The notes under the pieces: model-generated
Databases searched by the model: none
What the model saw: the letters and a program-made list of their open reading frames with translations, nothing else
What the model was told of the DNA's origin: nothing
Position numbers and translations under genes: made by a program
Part shown: one piece after another, positions 1 through 8,867 of the stretch
How the letters are laid out: every line of letters begins with the position of its first letter
How positions within the stretch are numbered: position 1 is the first letter of the stretch
Assembly: GCA_963676105.1 (NCBI GenBank)
Contig: OY781039.1
Coordinates: 60,001 to 92,000 of the forward strand
Length of the DNA: 32,000 nt
DNA from: Erysipelotrichaceae bacterium
GTDB lineage: Bacteria > Bacillota_I > Bacilli_A > Erysipelotrichales > Erysipelotrichaceae
Direction of reading: 5' to 3'

Positions 1-982
1 ACGTTATGTTAAACGTATTGAAAGAAGAATTAAGGAACAAGTCACTTTAAATGATATAAAAGCCATTATGAAAGAAGCTTATCATAGTGACATTCCATCT
101 CATCAAGAACTCATTAATGCATTCATTACTAAATCAGTCGTTAATGGTATTACACTTAGACGCTTACCTTTAAATGAGGTTTGTGATTCTATCGCATGTA
201 GTGTTGATTTGTTATGTGCTGATCGTGATTTAGTTTATCGTTATGCACAAACAGTTGAAAAATCTGGTTTAGAAATCAGCGAAATATCTTTAGATTCTTA
301 CGCTTTTGGTAAGGAAGCTTCATTATTTGAAAAATCACTGGAACATCATATTGTTGCCTTAAAGATTGAAAGACAATCATCTAGTTTGGCTTTATTTGCG
401 AAGGGCAAGATGAGTAGTAGTGAAATCTTAGATTTAGGGATGCATCAAATGATTGCGAAATTATCCGAGAAAGCACATCTTCCAATTGATGTGGCTGATC
501 GCTTAATGCATTTTAATGTAAGGTTTGGACTTGAGAGTTATCCTGATACACCTGTTTATTTATGGTCTGTAGATAAAGAAACACATACTTTAAGTGAAAA
601 AGATATCTTTGAAATCTTAAAAGATGATTTAAATACATGGATTGAAAGCATTCAAAAAGCGATTGCGCCAATTGTTGAACATGGTGAAACAAAGATGATT
701 CTCTATGGGGAATCTGCTGAAATAAATGGTTTAGTAAGTATGCTAAGCAAACATTTAGGCATAGAAGTTGAACATTATATACCTGAGACATTAGGTATTC
801 GATACAGTGCCATGAGTACTGTGGCAGGATTGTTTTATGTTTTGAAGGATCAAAGTCGCTTACGTGATTTTGACCCAGCGATTAATATGTTGGATTATGA
901 AAGCTTAGTCATCGCAAAACAAGATACACATGAAGATACCCTTTCAGGTAAATTTAAAGGGTTGTTTGAGAGAAAAGGTTAA
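1..982 (+). CDS. ftsA: Cell division protein FtsA, C-terminal 326 codons. The 5' end lies upstream of the window and the reading frame begins at nt 2.
   Basis: The frame is open from nt 2 (RYVKRIERRIKEQVTLNDIKAI precedes the ATG at 68). The protein has an actin/FtsA-like C-terminal half and ends in the amphipathic tail GKFKGLFERKG, typical of the FtsA membrane-targeting helix. It lies immediately upstream of ftsZ. Confidence 0.8.
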   Translation, partial: RYVKRIERRIKEQVTLNDIKAIMKEAYHSDIPSHQELINAFITKSVVNGITLRRLPLNEVCDSIACSVDLLCADRDLVYRYAQTVEKSGLEISEISLDSYAFGKEASLFEKSLEHHIVALKIERQSSSLALFAKGKMSSSEILDLGMHQMIAKLSEKAHLPIDVADRLMHFNVRFGLESYPDTPVYLWSVDKETHTLSEKDIFEILKDDLNTWIESIQKAIAPIVEHGETKMILYGESAEINGLVSMLSKHLGIEVEHYIPETLGIRYSAMSTVAGLFYVLKDQSRLRDFDPAINMLDYESLVIAKQDTHEDTLSGKFKGLFERKG

Positions 983-994
983 AGGAGATTTTGT

Positions 995-2068
995 ATGAGT
1001 GAATTAACGTACAATCAAGTCGCTAAAATTAAAGTATTCGGTATTGGTGGAGCTGGATGTAATGCAGTTAACCGTATGGTTGAAGAAGATGTTCAAGGTG
1101 TAGAATTCTATGTCGTTAACACAGACCTTCAAGTTTTAAATATTTCTAAAGCTAAAAATAAACTGATTTTAGGTGAAGAAACCACAAAAGGCTTAGGTGC
1201 TGGGGCTGACCCTGAAGTTGGGCTCAAAGCTGCACAAGAAAGCGAAGATTCAATTCGTGAAGCAATGAAAGGTGCCGATATGGTATTCCTGACGGCTGGT
1301 CTTGGTGGTGGCACTGGTACGGGTGCTGCACCACTTTTTGCGAAAATCGCAAAAGAAAATGGTATTTTAACGATTGGGATTGTCACAAAACCATTTAGTT
1401 TTGAAGGACGTAAACGTATGGACCAAGCCTTACGTGGTCTTGAAGAGTTAAGAGAGAATGTAGATTCACTCATTATTGTTTCTAATAATCAACTCTTAGA
1501 AGTGATTGGTCGTATTCCATTTGTTGAAGCGTTTAGAGAAGCGGATAATGTTTTACGTCAAGGTGTTCAAACCATTACAGATTTAATTGCGGTCCCAGCG
1601 ATGATTAACTTAGACTTCGCTGATGTACGTAATGTTATGATGGGGCAAGGTTCTGCTTTAATTGGTATTGGCTTAGCACAAGGTGATAATAAAGCTCAAG
1701 AAGCTGCTGCTCGTGCGATTACGTCGCCTTTACTTGAAGCCCAAATTCATGGCGCAAGAAAAGCAATTGTTAATATCACAGGTGGTGAAAGCATTACTTT
1801 ATTTGATGCAGATGACGCAGTGGGCTTTATTCGTGAAGCGGCTGGTGAAGAAATCGATATTATCTTTGGGGTAGCTATTAATGAAACACTTGAAGATAAG
1901 ATAATTGTTACAGTTATCGCAACTGGTTTTGATTTACCACAAGAACAACGTTCTTATAAACCGATTTCTGATGCGAAGAATGTCTCAGAGAGTTTAGAAA
2001 AAGATACTAATTCAGCACAAGCTGATGATGAAAGTGATATTCCAGGATTCTTTAAAACGAGAGGCTAG
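995..2068 (+). CDS. ftsZ: Cell division GTPase FtsZ
   Basis: Contains FGIGGAGCNAVNRM, the tubulin signature GGGTGTGAAP and NTDLQVL. The C-terminal peptide DIPGFFKTRG resembles the FtsA-binding tail. AGGAG at 983-987 lies 7 nt before the ATG. Confidence 0.97.
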   Translation: MSELTYNQVAKIKVFGIGGAGCNAVNRMVEEDVQGVEFYVVNTDLQVLNISKAKNKLILGEETTKGLGAGADPEVGLKAAQESEDSIREAMKGADMVFLTAGLGGGTGTGAAPLFAKIAKENGILTIGIVTKPFSFEGRKRMDQALRGLEELRENVDSLIIVSNNQLLEVIGRIPFVEAFREADNVLRQGVQTITDLIAVPAMINLDFADVRNVMMGQGSALIGIGLAQGDNKAQEAAARAITSPLLEAQIHGARKAIVNITGGESITLFDADDAVGFIREAAGEEIDIIFGVAINETLEDKIIVTVIATGFDLPQEQRSYKPISDAKNVSESLEKDTNSAQADDESDIPGFFKTRG

Positions 2069-2088
2069 CCAATGGCTAGTTTCTTTTT
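2064..2088 (+). terminator. Rho-independent terminator after ftsZ
   Basis: A 7-bp stem (GCTAGCC / GGCTAGT, one G-T pair) with loop AAT is followed by TTTCTTTTT. The ftsZ stop codon lies inside the stem. Confidence 0.6.
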
Positions 2089-2114
2089 GAATTAAAGACA
2101 TTCTCTTTTATAAT
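2087..2114 (+). promoter_or_regulatory. Sigma-A type promoter of the GNAT-nadE-transporter operon
   Basis: TTGAAT (2087-2092), a 16-nt spacer, then TATAAT (2109-2114). The ATG at 2121 lies only 6 nt after the -10 box with no SD, which is a leaderless arrangement. Confidence 0.55.
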
Positions 2115-2120
2115 AGAATC

Positions 2121-2906
2121 ATGATTAAACAAGTATATGAAGATTACAAAGAAAAAGTTTTAGACTTACTGAAAGATGATCCATCAAGATCACTTTTTAT
2201 CACGGGTGATATTTTAACCTATGGCATGCATAATGATTTTCAAGATGTTTATGTCGATGAAGATGAGAAGGGGATACATGGGATCTATTTGAGGTATCGC
2301 AATAGTTTAGTTTTTTATGTGGTTGATGAAGTAGTTGATGATAAAGGTGACGCATCTCTAATTGATGATTCTAAAACAGAACTTGTTAGTTCAGTTAGAT
2401 CACATGTTGAAAAACTTCCAAAATATATTCAAGAAAAAATATCCCAAAGAGATACCTATCTTTGTGAGTGTAAAGAGTTAAAAGGGAAAATCACACGTGC
2501 CGTAAGAGCGGGTGTGGATGATGCTGAAGGAATTATCGATGGTTTATTAAGTATTGAAGAATTTACAGGTGATTCACGGCCACGTGACAAAAAAATTGAA
2601 GATTTAAAACGTGAATTATCAGAGAATGATAAAGCAAATTTTATTATTAAAGAAGATGGAAAAATTGTATCCAACGCAAGTTCTACTGCGCGTAGTAATG
2701 TGGGGGTTATGGTTGTAGGCGTCTATACTTTAAAAGATTATCGTCAAAAAGGGTATGCAAGAGATGTCGTGTCTGCTTTAACAAATTGGGCACTTAATGA
2801 ACAATTAGTACCATGTCTTTTCTATGATAATCCAAATGCTGGAAAACTTTATCATGATTTAGGTTATGTCACGATTGATACATGGGTAATGGGTAAAAAA
2901 ATATGA
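2121..2906 (+). CDS. GNAT-family N-acetyltransferase
   Basis: The C-terminal region has a GNAT motif-A-like segment, VGVYTLKDYRQKGYARDVVSALTNWAL. The stop overlaps the nadE start (ATGA at 2903-2906). Confidence 0.6.
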   Translation: MIKQVYEDYKEKVLDLLKDDPSRSLFITGDILTYGMHNDFQDVYVDEDEKGIHGIYLRYRNSLVFYVVDEVVDDKGDASLIDDSKTELVSSVRSHVEKLPKYIQEKISQRDTYLCECKELKGKITRAVRAGVDDAEGIIDGLLSIEEFTGDSRPRDKKIEDLKRELSENDKANFIIKEDGKIVSNASSTARSNVGVMVVGVYTLKDYRQKGYARDVVSALTNWALNEQLVPCLFYDNPNAGKLYHDLGYVTIDTWVMGKKI

Positions 2907-4756
2907 AAATCGCAATGGCTCAAATGCGTACTAAAGCTGGTTTCATAGACGCCAATATACAGACAATGAAACGCATGATAGATGATGCGAGAGATCAAGA
3001 GGCAGATTTAATTGTATTCCCTGAAATGTGTGTCAGTGGCTATTTAATATCAGATAAATACCTTCAAAAAGGTTTTATAGATGAAGTTTTGAATGCAAAT
3101 GATATCCTAAAAAACTACTCGAATGGAATAGGTGTTATTTGGGGGAATATTGGGGTAGATTCTAATTTTAAAAATCGTGATGGACGCTTTGAAAGACGTA
3201 ATCAAGCTTTCTTTGCCTATGATGGTGATTGGGTTAAAGCGAATCACAATTGGCATGATGGGATATATGTTAAACATGGTTTACCTGACTATCGCATTTT
3301 TGATGACTCACGCTATTTTAAAAGCGGCATTGATGTGTCTTTAGAACATGGAAATGATGAAACAGCACTCATTGAACCATTTTATTTTAAAGGGCATCGA
3401 ATAGGCTTAGAAGTTTGTGAAGATTTATGGAGTTCAGATTATCGTTTAGATCCAACTTCTATCTATATTAAAAAGGGTGTTGATTTAATAGTGAATATTT
3501 CAAGTTCTCCATGGACTTTAAATAAAGAGAATTCTCGTAATAAGCGGATTCTCGAGCATGTTTCTACTCATGGTGAAAGAATGGTTCCACTTTGTTATGT
3601 TAATGTTGTAGGGGCTCAAAACAACGGTAAGAACTTAATGTTGTTTGATGGTGGTTCCACTTTGTTTGCGGCTGATGGTTCAGTGCAAAGTGCCTGTAAT
3701 GATGTGTTCGAAGAAGAATTGAAGATTATCGATCTAAATCAAAAAGAAAATGTTCAAAAAACAAAATATAAATTATTAAAAGGTTTAGTTTCTGGTATTA
3801 AAGCTTTTGATGAAGAAATTCTAGGGAAGCGCAATTGGGTTATTGGTTTATCTGGTGGGATTGACTCATCCATTAATGTTGTATTACTTGTGATGGCATT
3901 AGGTCATGAGCGTGTCTTTGGCTATAATATGGCTAGTAAATATAACAGTCTTCAAACAAAAAATGCAGCAAAACATTTAGCACAAAAACTAGAGATTTCT
4001 TATGCTGAAGGAAGTATTGAAGAATTAGTTAGAAGTACGCACGCAACTTTAAATGCCTATGGTTTTGATTATGTTAATCATGGTTTGAATGCTGAAAACA
4101 TTCAAGCAAGATTAAGAGGGCATCTTTTATCAAGTTTTGCTTCCTTAAAATCTGGGGTTATTTGTAATAACGGAAACAAAGTTGAATTAGCTTTAGGTTA
4201 TGCAACTCTCTATGGAGATACCATCGGTGCTCTAAGTCCACTAGGGGATTTAACTAAAGTTCAACTATTTGAACTAGCCAAAGAAATTAATGAAGTTTTT
4301 GGGGATGAAATAGTTCCTAAGGTTCTCATTCCTGAATATATTGACCATCAATATGTCTTTAAACTAGCTCCATCTGCTGAATTAAAAGAAGCTCAAGTAG
4401 ATCCAATGAAATGGGGCTATCATGATTGGCTAGTACAATACTTAATGCAGTATCCTTCACACAGTATGCATGAGTTCTTAGATCTATATGAATCAGGTGA
4501 ATGGGAAAACTTAGAAGTATCAGATACCATGAAATCTTATGGTTTAGATAATCCAAAGTTGTTCATCAATGATTTAAAATGGTTTATGAGAGCTTTTCAT
4601 TTAGCCATCTTCAAGCGCATTCAATTTCCGCCAATTATTGCGGTTTCTCGTGCTGCGTTTGGTTACGATTATCGAGAAAGTCAAATTCCTTATCTAGAAA
4701 ATGATATGATTAAAGCACAAATAGAGCGAATTTTAGAAAAAGGAGGACAAGCATGA
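2903..4756 (+). CDS. nadE: Glutamine-dependent NAD+ synthetase (N-terminal CN-hydrolase domain plus C-terminal NAD synthase domain)
   Basis: The nitrilase-type catalytic context is present (VFPEMCVSGY, LEVCEDLW), as is the PP-loop GLSGGIDSS. Length is 617 aa. Confidence 0.9.
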   Translation: MKIAMAQMRTKAGFIDANIQTMKRMIDDARDQEADLIVFPEMCVSGYLISDKYLQKGFIDEVLNANDILKNYSNGIGVIWGNIGVDSNFKNRDGRFERRNQAFFAYDGDWVKANHNWHDGIYVKHGLPDYRIFDDSRYFKSGIDVSLEHGNDETALIEPFYFKGHRIGLEVCEDLWSSDYRLDPTSIYIKKGVDLIVNISSSPWTLNKENSRNKRILEHVSTHGERMVPLCYVNVVGAQNNGKNLMLFDGGSTLFAADGSVQSACNDVFEEELKIIDLNQKENVQKTKYKLLKGLVSGIKAFDEEILGKRNWVIGLSGGIDSSINVVLLVMALGHERVFGYNMASKYNSLQTKNAAKHLAQKLEISYAEGSIEELVRSTHATLNAYGFDYVNHGLNAENIQARLRGHLLSSFASLKSGVICNNGNKVELALGYATLYGDTIGALSPLGDLTKVQLFELAKEINEVFGDEIVPKVLIPEYIDHQYVFKLAPSAELKEAQVDPMKWGYHDWLVQYLMQYPSHSMHEFLDLYESGEWENLEVSDTMKSYGLDNPKLFINDLKWFMRAFHLAIFKRIQFPPIIAVSRAAFGYDYRESQIPYLENDMIKAQIERILEKGGQA

Positions 4757-5910
4757 AGTTTAGTAAAGATTCACCCATCATAAGAAATGCTTTGTCCATT
4801 ATTTTTGCGGGAATTGTCTTAATTACTGTTTATTTTATTTTCTTAAACTTTGAAATGTTTAAAGGTTTTGTGACTTCGTTTTTTGGAATCATTTCTCCTT
4901 TTATTTATGGTAGTTTCTTGGCATTCCTTATTAGTCCGTTAGTCCATTGGTTTGAATTTAGAGCGATGTCAATTTTAAAAATTAAGCAGAAAACAAAACA
5001 TGTGATTGCGGTTATTATGACAGTTGTTGTGGTGGCTGAAGTCATAGTGTTATTTGTTTCAGTTTTATTACCTCAATTTGTGACATCCATTTCGAATATT
5101 TCAGAAAGTTTCCCTGATTATGTTGATAGCTTCAATCGATATCTTGCACCATTATTAAAAGATTATGTGCCTGATCAAACAATTATTCTAAGTTTCTTAA
5201 ATTCATCTAGTGATTTAGCTCATCGAATTGTCACACTTTTACAGGATTATGTTCCTAATATCGTAGACTTTTCAATTAGCTTATCACGTTCCATTTTTAA
5301 CGGAATTATGGCTATTGTTATAGCGATGTATATCCTCTTAGATGAAGAAGGATTTACCCATCAACTCCAGCGTTTTGTGAATGCTTATTTTGGTTCAAAA
5401 GTCGGTGAAGATATTAATGCTTTATTAAACTTAACAAGTTTCATGTTGCATCGATTTATATTAGGTAAAGCTTTTAATTCAGTCATTCTAGGTATTGGTC
5501 TATATATCACGATGTTAATTGTTGAAATTCCATATCCTGTGTTCTTATCTACCATTTTTGGGGTAACCAATATGATTCCATTTTTTGGTCCATTTATTGG
5601 GGGGGCCTTTGGGGTTATTATTCTATTACTTCAAGATCCTATGCAAGCTGTATGGTTCTTAGCGGCCGTCCTTATTCTTCAACAAATTGAAGGATCTATC
5701 CTTTCACCAGTTGTCTTAGGGGATTCAATGGGTCTACCTGGCATTTGGGTATTCTTTGCGATTATCGTTGGTGGTGGATACTTTGGTGTTGTAGGTATGT
5801 TCTTAGGTGTTCCTATCTTTGCGGTACTTTATTTACTACTACAAAGAAGTATGGATATACGACTGGCTAAGAATGAAGTTATCGAGCAAATTATTAAGGA
5901 GTCTGAATAA
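4753..5910 (+). CDS. AI-2E family (PerM/UPF0118) membrane transporter
   Basis: Polytopic membrane protein with the C-terminal region PGIWVFFAIIVGGGYFGVVGMFLGVPIFAV, typical of the family. Its start overlaps the nadE stop (ATGA). Confidence 0.7.
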   Translation: MKFSKDSPIIRNALSIIFAGIVLITVYFIFLNFEMFKGFVTSFFGIISPFIYGSFLAFLISPLVHWFEFRAMSILKIKQKTKHVIAVIMTVVVVAEVIVLFVSVLLPQFVTSISNISESFPDYVDSFNRYLAPLLKDYVPDQTIILSFLNSSSDLAHRIVTLLQDYVPNIVDFSISLSRSIFNGIMAIVIAMYILLDEEGFTHQLQRFVNAYFGSKVGEDINALLNLTSFMLHRFILGKAFNSVILGIGLYITMLIVEIPYPVFLSTIFGVTNMIPFFGPFIGGAFGVIILLLQDPMQAVWFLAAVLILQQIEGSILSPVVLGDSMGLPGIWVFFAIIVGGGYFGVVGMFLGVPIFAVLYLLLQRSMDIRLAKNEVIEQIIKESE

Positions 5911-5923
5911 GACTTCTTTTTTT
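5898..5923 (+). terminator. Candidate terminator of the transporter operon
   Basis: A 6-bp stem (GGAGTC / GACTTC, one G-T pair) has the stop codon in its 7-nt loop and is followed by a run of 7 T. Confidence 0.45.
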
Positions 5924-5933
5924 ATATAGACAC

Positions 5934-5956
5934 AAAAAAAGAACCCCGAAGGGTTC
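5934..5956 (-). terminator. Rho-independent terminator of the glutamine synthetase gene
   Basis: GAACCC-CGAA-GGGTTC hairpin (5941-5956). The flanking A7 run (5934-5940) reads as a U-run on the minus-strand transcript. Confidence 0.75.
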
Positions 5957-5974
5957 TAATGTGTTTGACTATTA

Positions 5975-8044
5975 TTAGTCTTGTCTCCACCACATATCAG
6001 TATATGTAGGGATTGGGTATGCATCTTCAGGAAGGATATCTTCAACTTTATCAACGTCAACTCTTAATGCATCAAGTGCAGGGAGTAGAACGGTACGATG
6101 TTTGATAGATTCTTCTTTAAGATCTGAAATAGCTTCTAAATCAGCTAAAACTTTCTTAACATTTTCAACGCCTGTTTCAATCGCATCTAATGTACCTTCT
6201 AAAGCAGCGAATTTCTTATCAGCTAATTTAATGCCTTTCATTGAAGCTAAGTTACCTAAGTAATCTAAACCAGCAGGTACGATAACTTTTTCAGTCATAC
6301 GTAACATTGTTTTTGCCTCAACTTGCATTGTTTTTGCATATAGTTCGTAGATAACTTCAGCACGAGCATCTAACTCTGCTTTCTTGAAGATACCGTTTGA
6401 TTCGAATAATTTAACTGATTTATCAGCATTTAAGTATTCAACAGATTCTACGAAAGATTTAATATTTGGTAATCCACGTTTTTCGGCTTCTGCAACCCAA
6501 GCATCGCTATAACCATCACCTGAGAATAGAACGCGACCATGTTCACCGATAATTTCAGTAACAATTTTAATTGCTTCTTCACGAACGTCTTGTAGATATT
6601 TGATTGGTTCTAAACGATCAGCGATTTCTTTAAGTGTTTCAGCTAAGATTGTTGAGATAACTGTTGCACTAAGTGATCCTGATACGCTTGATCCAAGCAT
6701 ACGGAATTCGAATTTGTTACCTGTAAAGGCAAATGGTGAAGTACGGTTACGGTCAGTGTTGTCTTTTGGTAAATAAGCTAAGTTATTTAAGACAGTTGAA
6801 GTTGTTGAACCAATTTCAATTGCACCACGGTTTTTGTCTACTAAGCTTAATAGGATGTGTTCAATAACTTCACCCATATAAACTGAGATAATTGCTGGAG
6901 GAGCTTCATTAGCACCAAGACGGTGATCGTTACCTGCAGAAGATGCAGCTAAACGTAAGATTTCTGGGTGTTTGTCAATCGCTTTAACAACCGCAGCAAC
7001 GAATGTTAAGAAACGAACGTTTTCACTTGGTTTATCACCAGGTTCGAATAGGTTTTGACCATCATCTGTTCCTAAGGACCAGTTGTTGTGTTTACCTGAA
7101 CCATTGATAGTAGCGAATGGTTTTTCGTGTAATAAGCAAGCTAAGTCATGTTTCTTAGCTGTTTTACGTAATACGTCCATCATAATTTGGTTTTGATCGA
7201 CTGCAACGTTTGCTTCATCGAAGATTGATGAAATTTCGAATTGAGCAGGAGCAACTTCGTTATGTTCAACGAAAGCGTAGATTCCTAAGCGCCATAGTTC
7301 TTCATTAACATCATTCATGTATTCTTGAATTTTAGTTTCAATTGATCCAAAGTAGTGATCATCGAATTCTTGACCTTTAGGAGCAGGTGTACCCATTAAA
7401 GTACGTCCAGCTAATAATAAGTCTTCACGAGCTACATAGTAGTCGTAATCAATTAAGAAGTATTCTTGTTCAAGACCCATCATCATTTTGACAGTCTTAA
7501 CTTGTTTATCACCTAAAGCATTAACAACACGTGTTGCTTGTTCGCTCATTACATCAAGAGCTCTAAGTAATGGTGCTTTTTGATCAAGTGGTTCGTCTGT
7601 ATAAGAGACAAAGATTGATGGAATGCATAATACTTTCTCACGAATAAATGCTGGTGAGCTAATATCCCAGTATGTGTAACCACGTGCTTCAAATGTTGCA
7701 CGTAAACCACCACTTGGGAAAGATGAACCATCAGTTTCACCTTTAATAAGTGTTTTACCACTGAAGTGAGCAACAGGTTTGCCATCTTCACGACTCATGA
7801 ATGCGTCATGTTTTTCAGCAGTTGAGCCTGTTAATGGTTGGAACCAGTGAGTAAAGTGTGTAGCTCCATGGCCAATTGCCCAAACTTTCATTGCGTGTGC
7901 AATCGCATCAGCCGTTGTACGGTCTAATGGTTGTTCTTTTGCTACCGCTGTTTTCCAAGCTTTAAATACTGGAGACGGTAGACTTTCTTGCATATTGGAT
8001 TCGCCAAATTGGAAAATCCCAAATTCATCAAATGGATGTGACAT
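5975..8044 (-). CDS. glnA: Glutamine synthetase, type III
   Basis: 689 aa. The N-terminus (FKAWKTAVAKEQPLDRTTADAIAHAMKVWAIGHGATHFTHWFQPLTG) is typical of the GSIII N-domain. The catalytic motif NGSGKHNNWSL is present. GGAGG SD on the minus strand at 8054-8058. Confidence 0.92.
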   Translation of the reverse strand: MSHPFDEFGIFQFGESNMQESLPSPVFKAWKTAVAKEQPLDRTTADAIAHAMKVWAIGHGATHFTHWFQPLTGSTAEKHDAFMSREDGKPVAHFSGKTLIKGETDGSSFPSGGLRATFEARGYTYWDISSPAFIREKVLCIPSIFVSYTDEPLDQKAPLLRALDVMSEQATRVVNALGDKQVKTVKMMMGLEQEYFLIDYDYYVAREDLLLAGRTLMGTPAPKGQEFDDHYFGSIETKIQEYMNDVNEELWRLGIYAFVEHNEVAPAQFEISSIFDEANVAVDQNQIMMDVLRKTAKKHDLACLLHEKPFATINGSGKHNNWSLGTDDGQNLFEPGDKPSENVRFLTFVAAVVKAIDKHPEILRLAASSAGNDHRLGANEAPPAIISVYMGEVIEHILLSLVDKNRGAIEIGSTTSTVLNNLAYLPKDNTDRNRTSPFAFTGNKFEFRMLGSSVSGSLSATVISTILAETLKEIADRLEPIKYLQDVREEAIKIVTEIIGEHGRVLFSGDGYSDAWVAEAEKRGLPNIKSFVESVEYLNADKSVKLFESNGIFKKAELDARAEVIYELYAKTMQVEAKTMLRMTEKVIVPAGLDYLGNLASMKGIKLADKKFAALEGTLDAIETGVENVKKVLADLEAISDLKEESIKHRTVLLPALDALRVDVDKVEDILPEDAYPIPTYTDMWWRQD

Positions 8045-8258
8045 CGTTTTTTTCCTCCAAACTTATTGTTATTTTATGATAAATTCGTAAAAAGTAAAGA
8101 AAAACTTGATTTTCTTTCTGAAAACAAATGAAAAATTTTCAAAAATCAATTAAACATTAAAATTTAAATTTAGAAATTATTATTAAGGATGTGTAAATTG
8201 ACTTTTTAATGAACTTTTCTCTGTGATATACTCAAATTAGAAAAGAGGTATTGTTGCA

Positions 8259-8588
8259 ATGCTAGTAAAATGTGAAGTTTGTGGCTTAATTCATGAAGCC
8301 GAAGCAATGGGTGAAAAATGTCCTAAGTGTGGTGCACCTAAAGAAAAGTTTGTTGAGTTAGAACAAGAAGTTGCGGATAAAGTAACACGCTCACAAAAAT
8401 CTAATGATTTACATGCTGCTCTTATTAACTTAATGAAAGAAGTTGAAAAAGTAGCTGACTGTGGAATCGAAGATAATTTAGATCCAGGTTGTGTAAAAAT
8501 CTTTAAAGAAGCTAAAGAAGCTGCGGTTATGTTCAAACGTAAATCAATGGCTGAAATTGCTGGTCACGTCGGTAAAAGTAAATATTAA
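8259..8588 (+). CDS. Rubredoxin-like zinc-ribbon protein with a C-terminal helical domain
   Basis: The N-terminal motif C5-x2-C8-x12-C21-x2-C24 (CEVCG...CPKCG) resembles the rubredoxin-like domain of rubrerythrins. The remainder has no ExxH diiron motifs. SD AAGAGG lies upstream. Confidence 0.5.
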   Translation: MLVKCEVCGLIHEAEAMGEKCPKCGAPKEKFVELEQEVADKVTRSQKSNDLHAALINLMKEVEKVADCGIEDNLDPGCVKIFKEAKEAAVMFKRKSMAEIAGHVGKSKY

Positions 8589-8595
8589 TCTAATG

Positions 8596-8626
8596 AAAAG
8601 CGAGTTGATAATCAACCCGCTTTTTT
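8596..8626. terminator. Bidirectional terminator between convergent genes
   Basis: Stem GCGAGTTGA / TCAACCCGC (8 of 9 pairs) with loop TAA, flanked by A4 upstream and T6 downstream. Confidence 0.75.
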
Positions 8627-8861
8627 AATCCATTACAATAACTTCTTTAATACCAGGGACTTCTTCAATCAGAAGTTGTTCAACCCCCAGTTTAATGGTG
8701 GTATCAATAGCACCACATCCAACACAGGCTCCAAAGACTCTGACAAAGACTGTTCCATCATCATCTAATTTAGCGAATTCTAAATCGCCACCATCTCTTT
8801 GAATATATGGTCGAATTTTATTTAATACTTCGATAACTTGTTTTTCTATATTTTGATCCAT
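8625..8861 (-). CDS. NifU/Nfu-like Fe-S cluster scaffold/carrier domain protein
   Basis: 78 aa. IRPYIQRDGGDLEF and GACVGCG form the CxxC motif typical of the NifU C-terminal domain. Confidence 0.85.
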   Translation of the reverse strand: MDQNIEKQVIEVLNKIRPYIQRDGGDLEFAKLDDDGTVFVRVFGACVGCGAIDTTIKLGVEQLLIEEVPGIKEVIVMD

Positions 8862-8867
8862 TTTTTA

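Noticed and set aside
513-791. Antisense or out-of-frame ORFs of 61-124 aa in the ORF track. They include 513-791(-), 1129-1473(-), 1683-1874(+), 2456-2674(-), 4359-4556(-), 5385-5570(-), 7549-7791(-), 8291-8536(-), 11593-11814(+), 13797-14048(-), 14854-15045(-), 18249-18440(-), 18865-19083(-), 19325-19549(-), 25048-25242(-), 27361-27546(-), 28026-28226(+), 29072-29287(+) and 30825-31049(-).
   Set aside because: Each lies wholly inside a longer ORF that has clear family motifs. Their products are low-complexity or compositionally odd, and none has an SD or promoter. They are typical shadow ORFs of AT-rich DNA.
8198-8232. A promoter for the rubredoxin-like gene (TTGACT at 8198-8203 with TATACT at 8227-8232).
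   Set aside because: The spacer is 23 nt, too long for a sigma-A promoter, and the alternative hexamers are poor, so I report no promoter.
8045-8258. A riboswitch, T-box or small RNA in the larger intergenic regions (8045-8258, 22453-22626 and 23497-23674).
   Set aside because: These regions are extremely AT-rich with no extended conserved-looking helices. Promoter elements and terminators account for their content.
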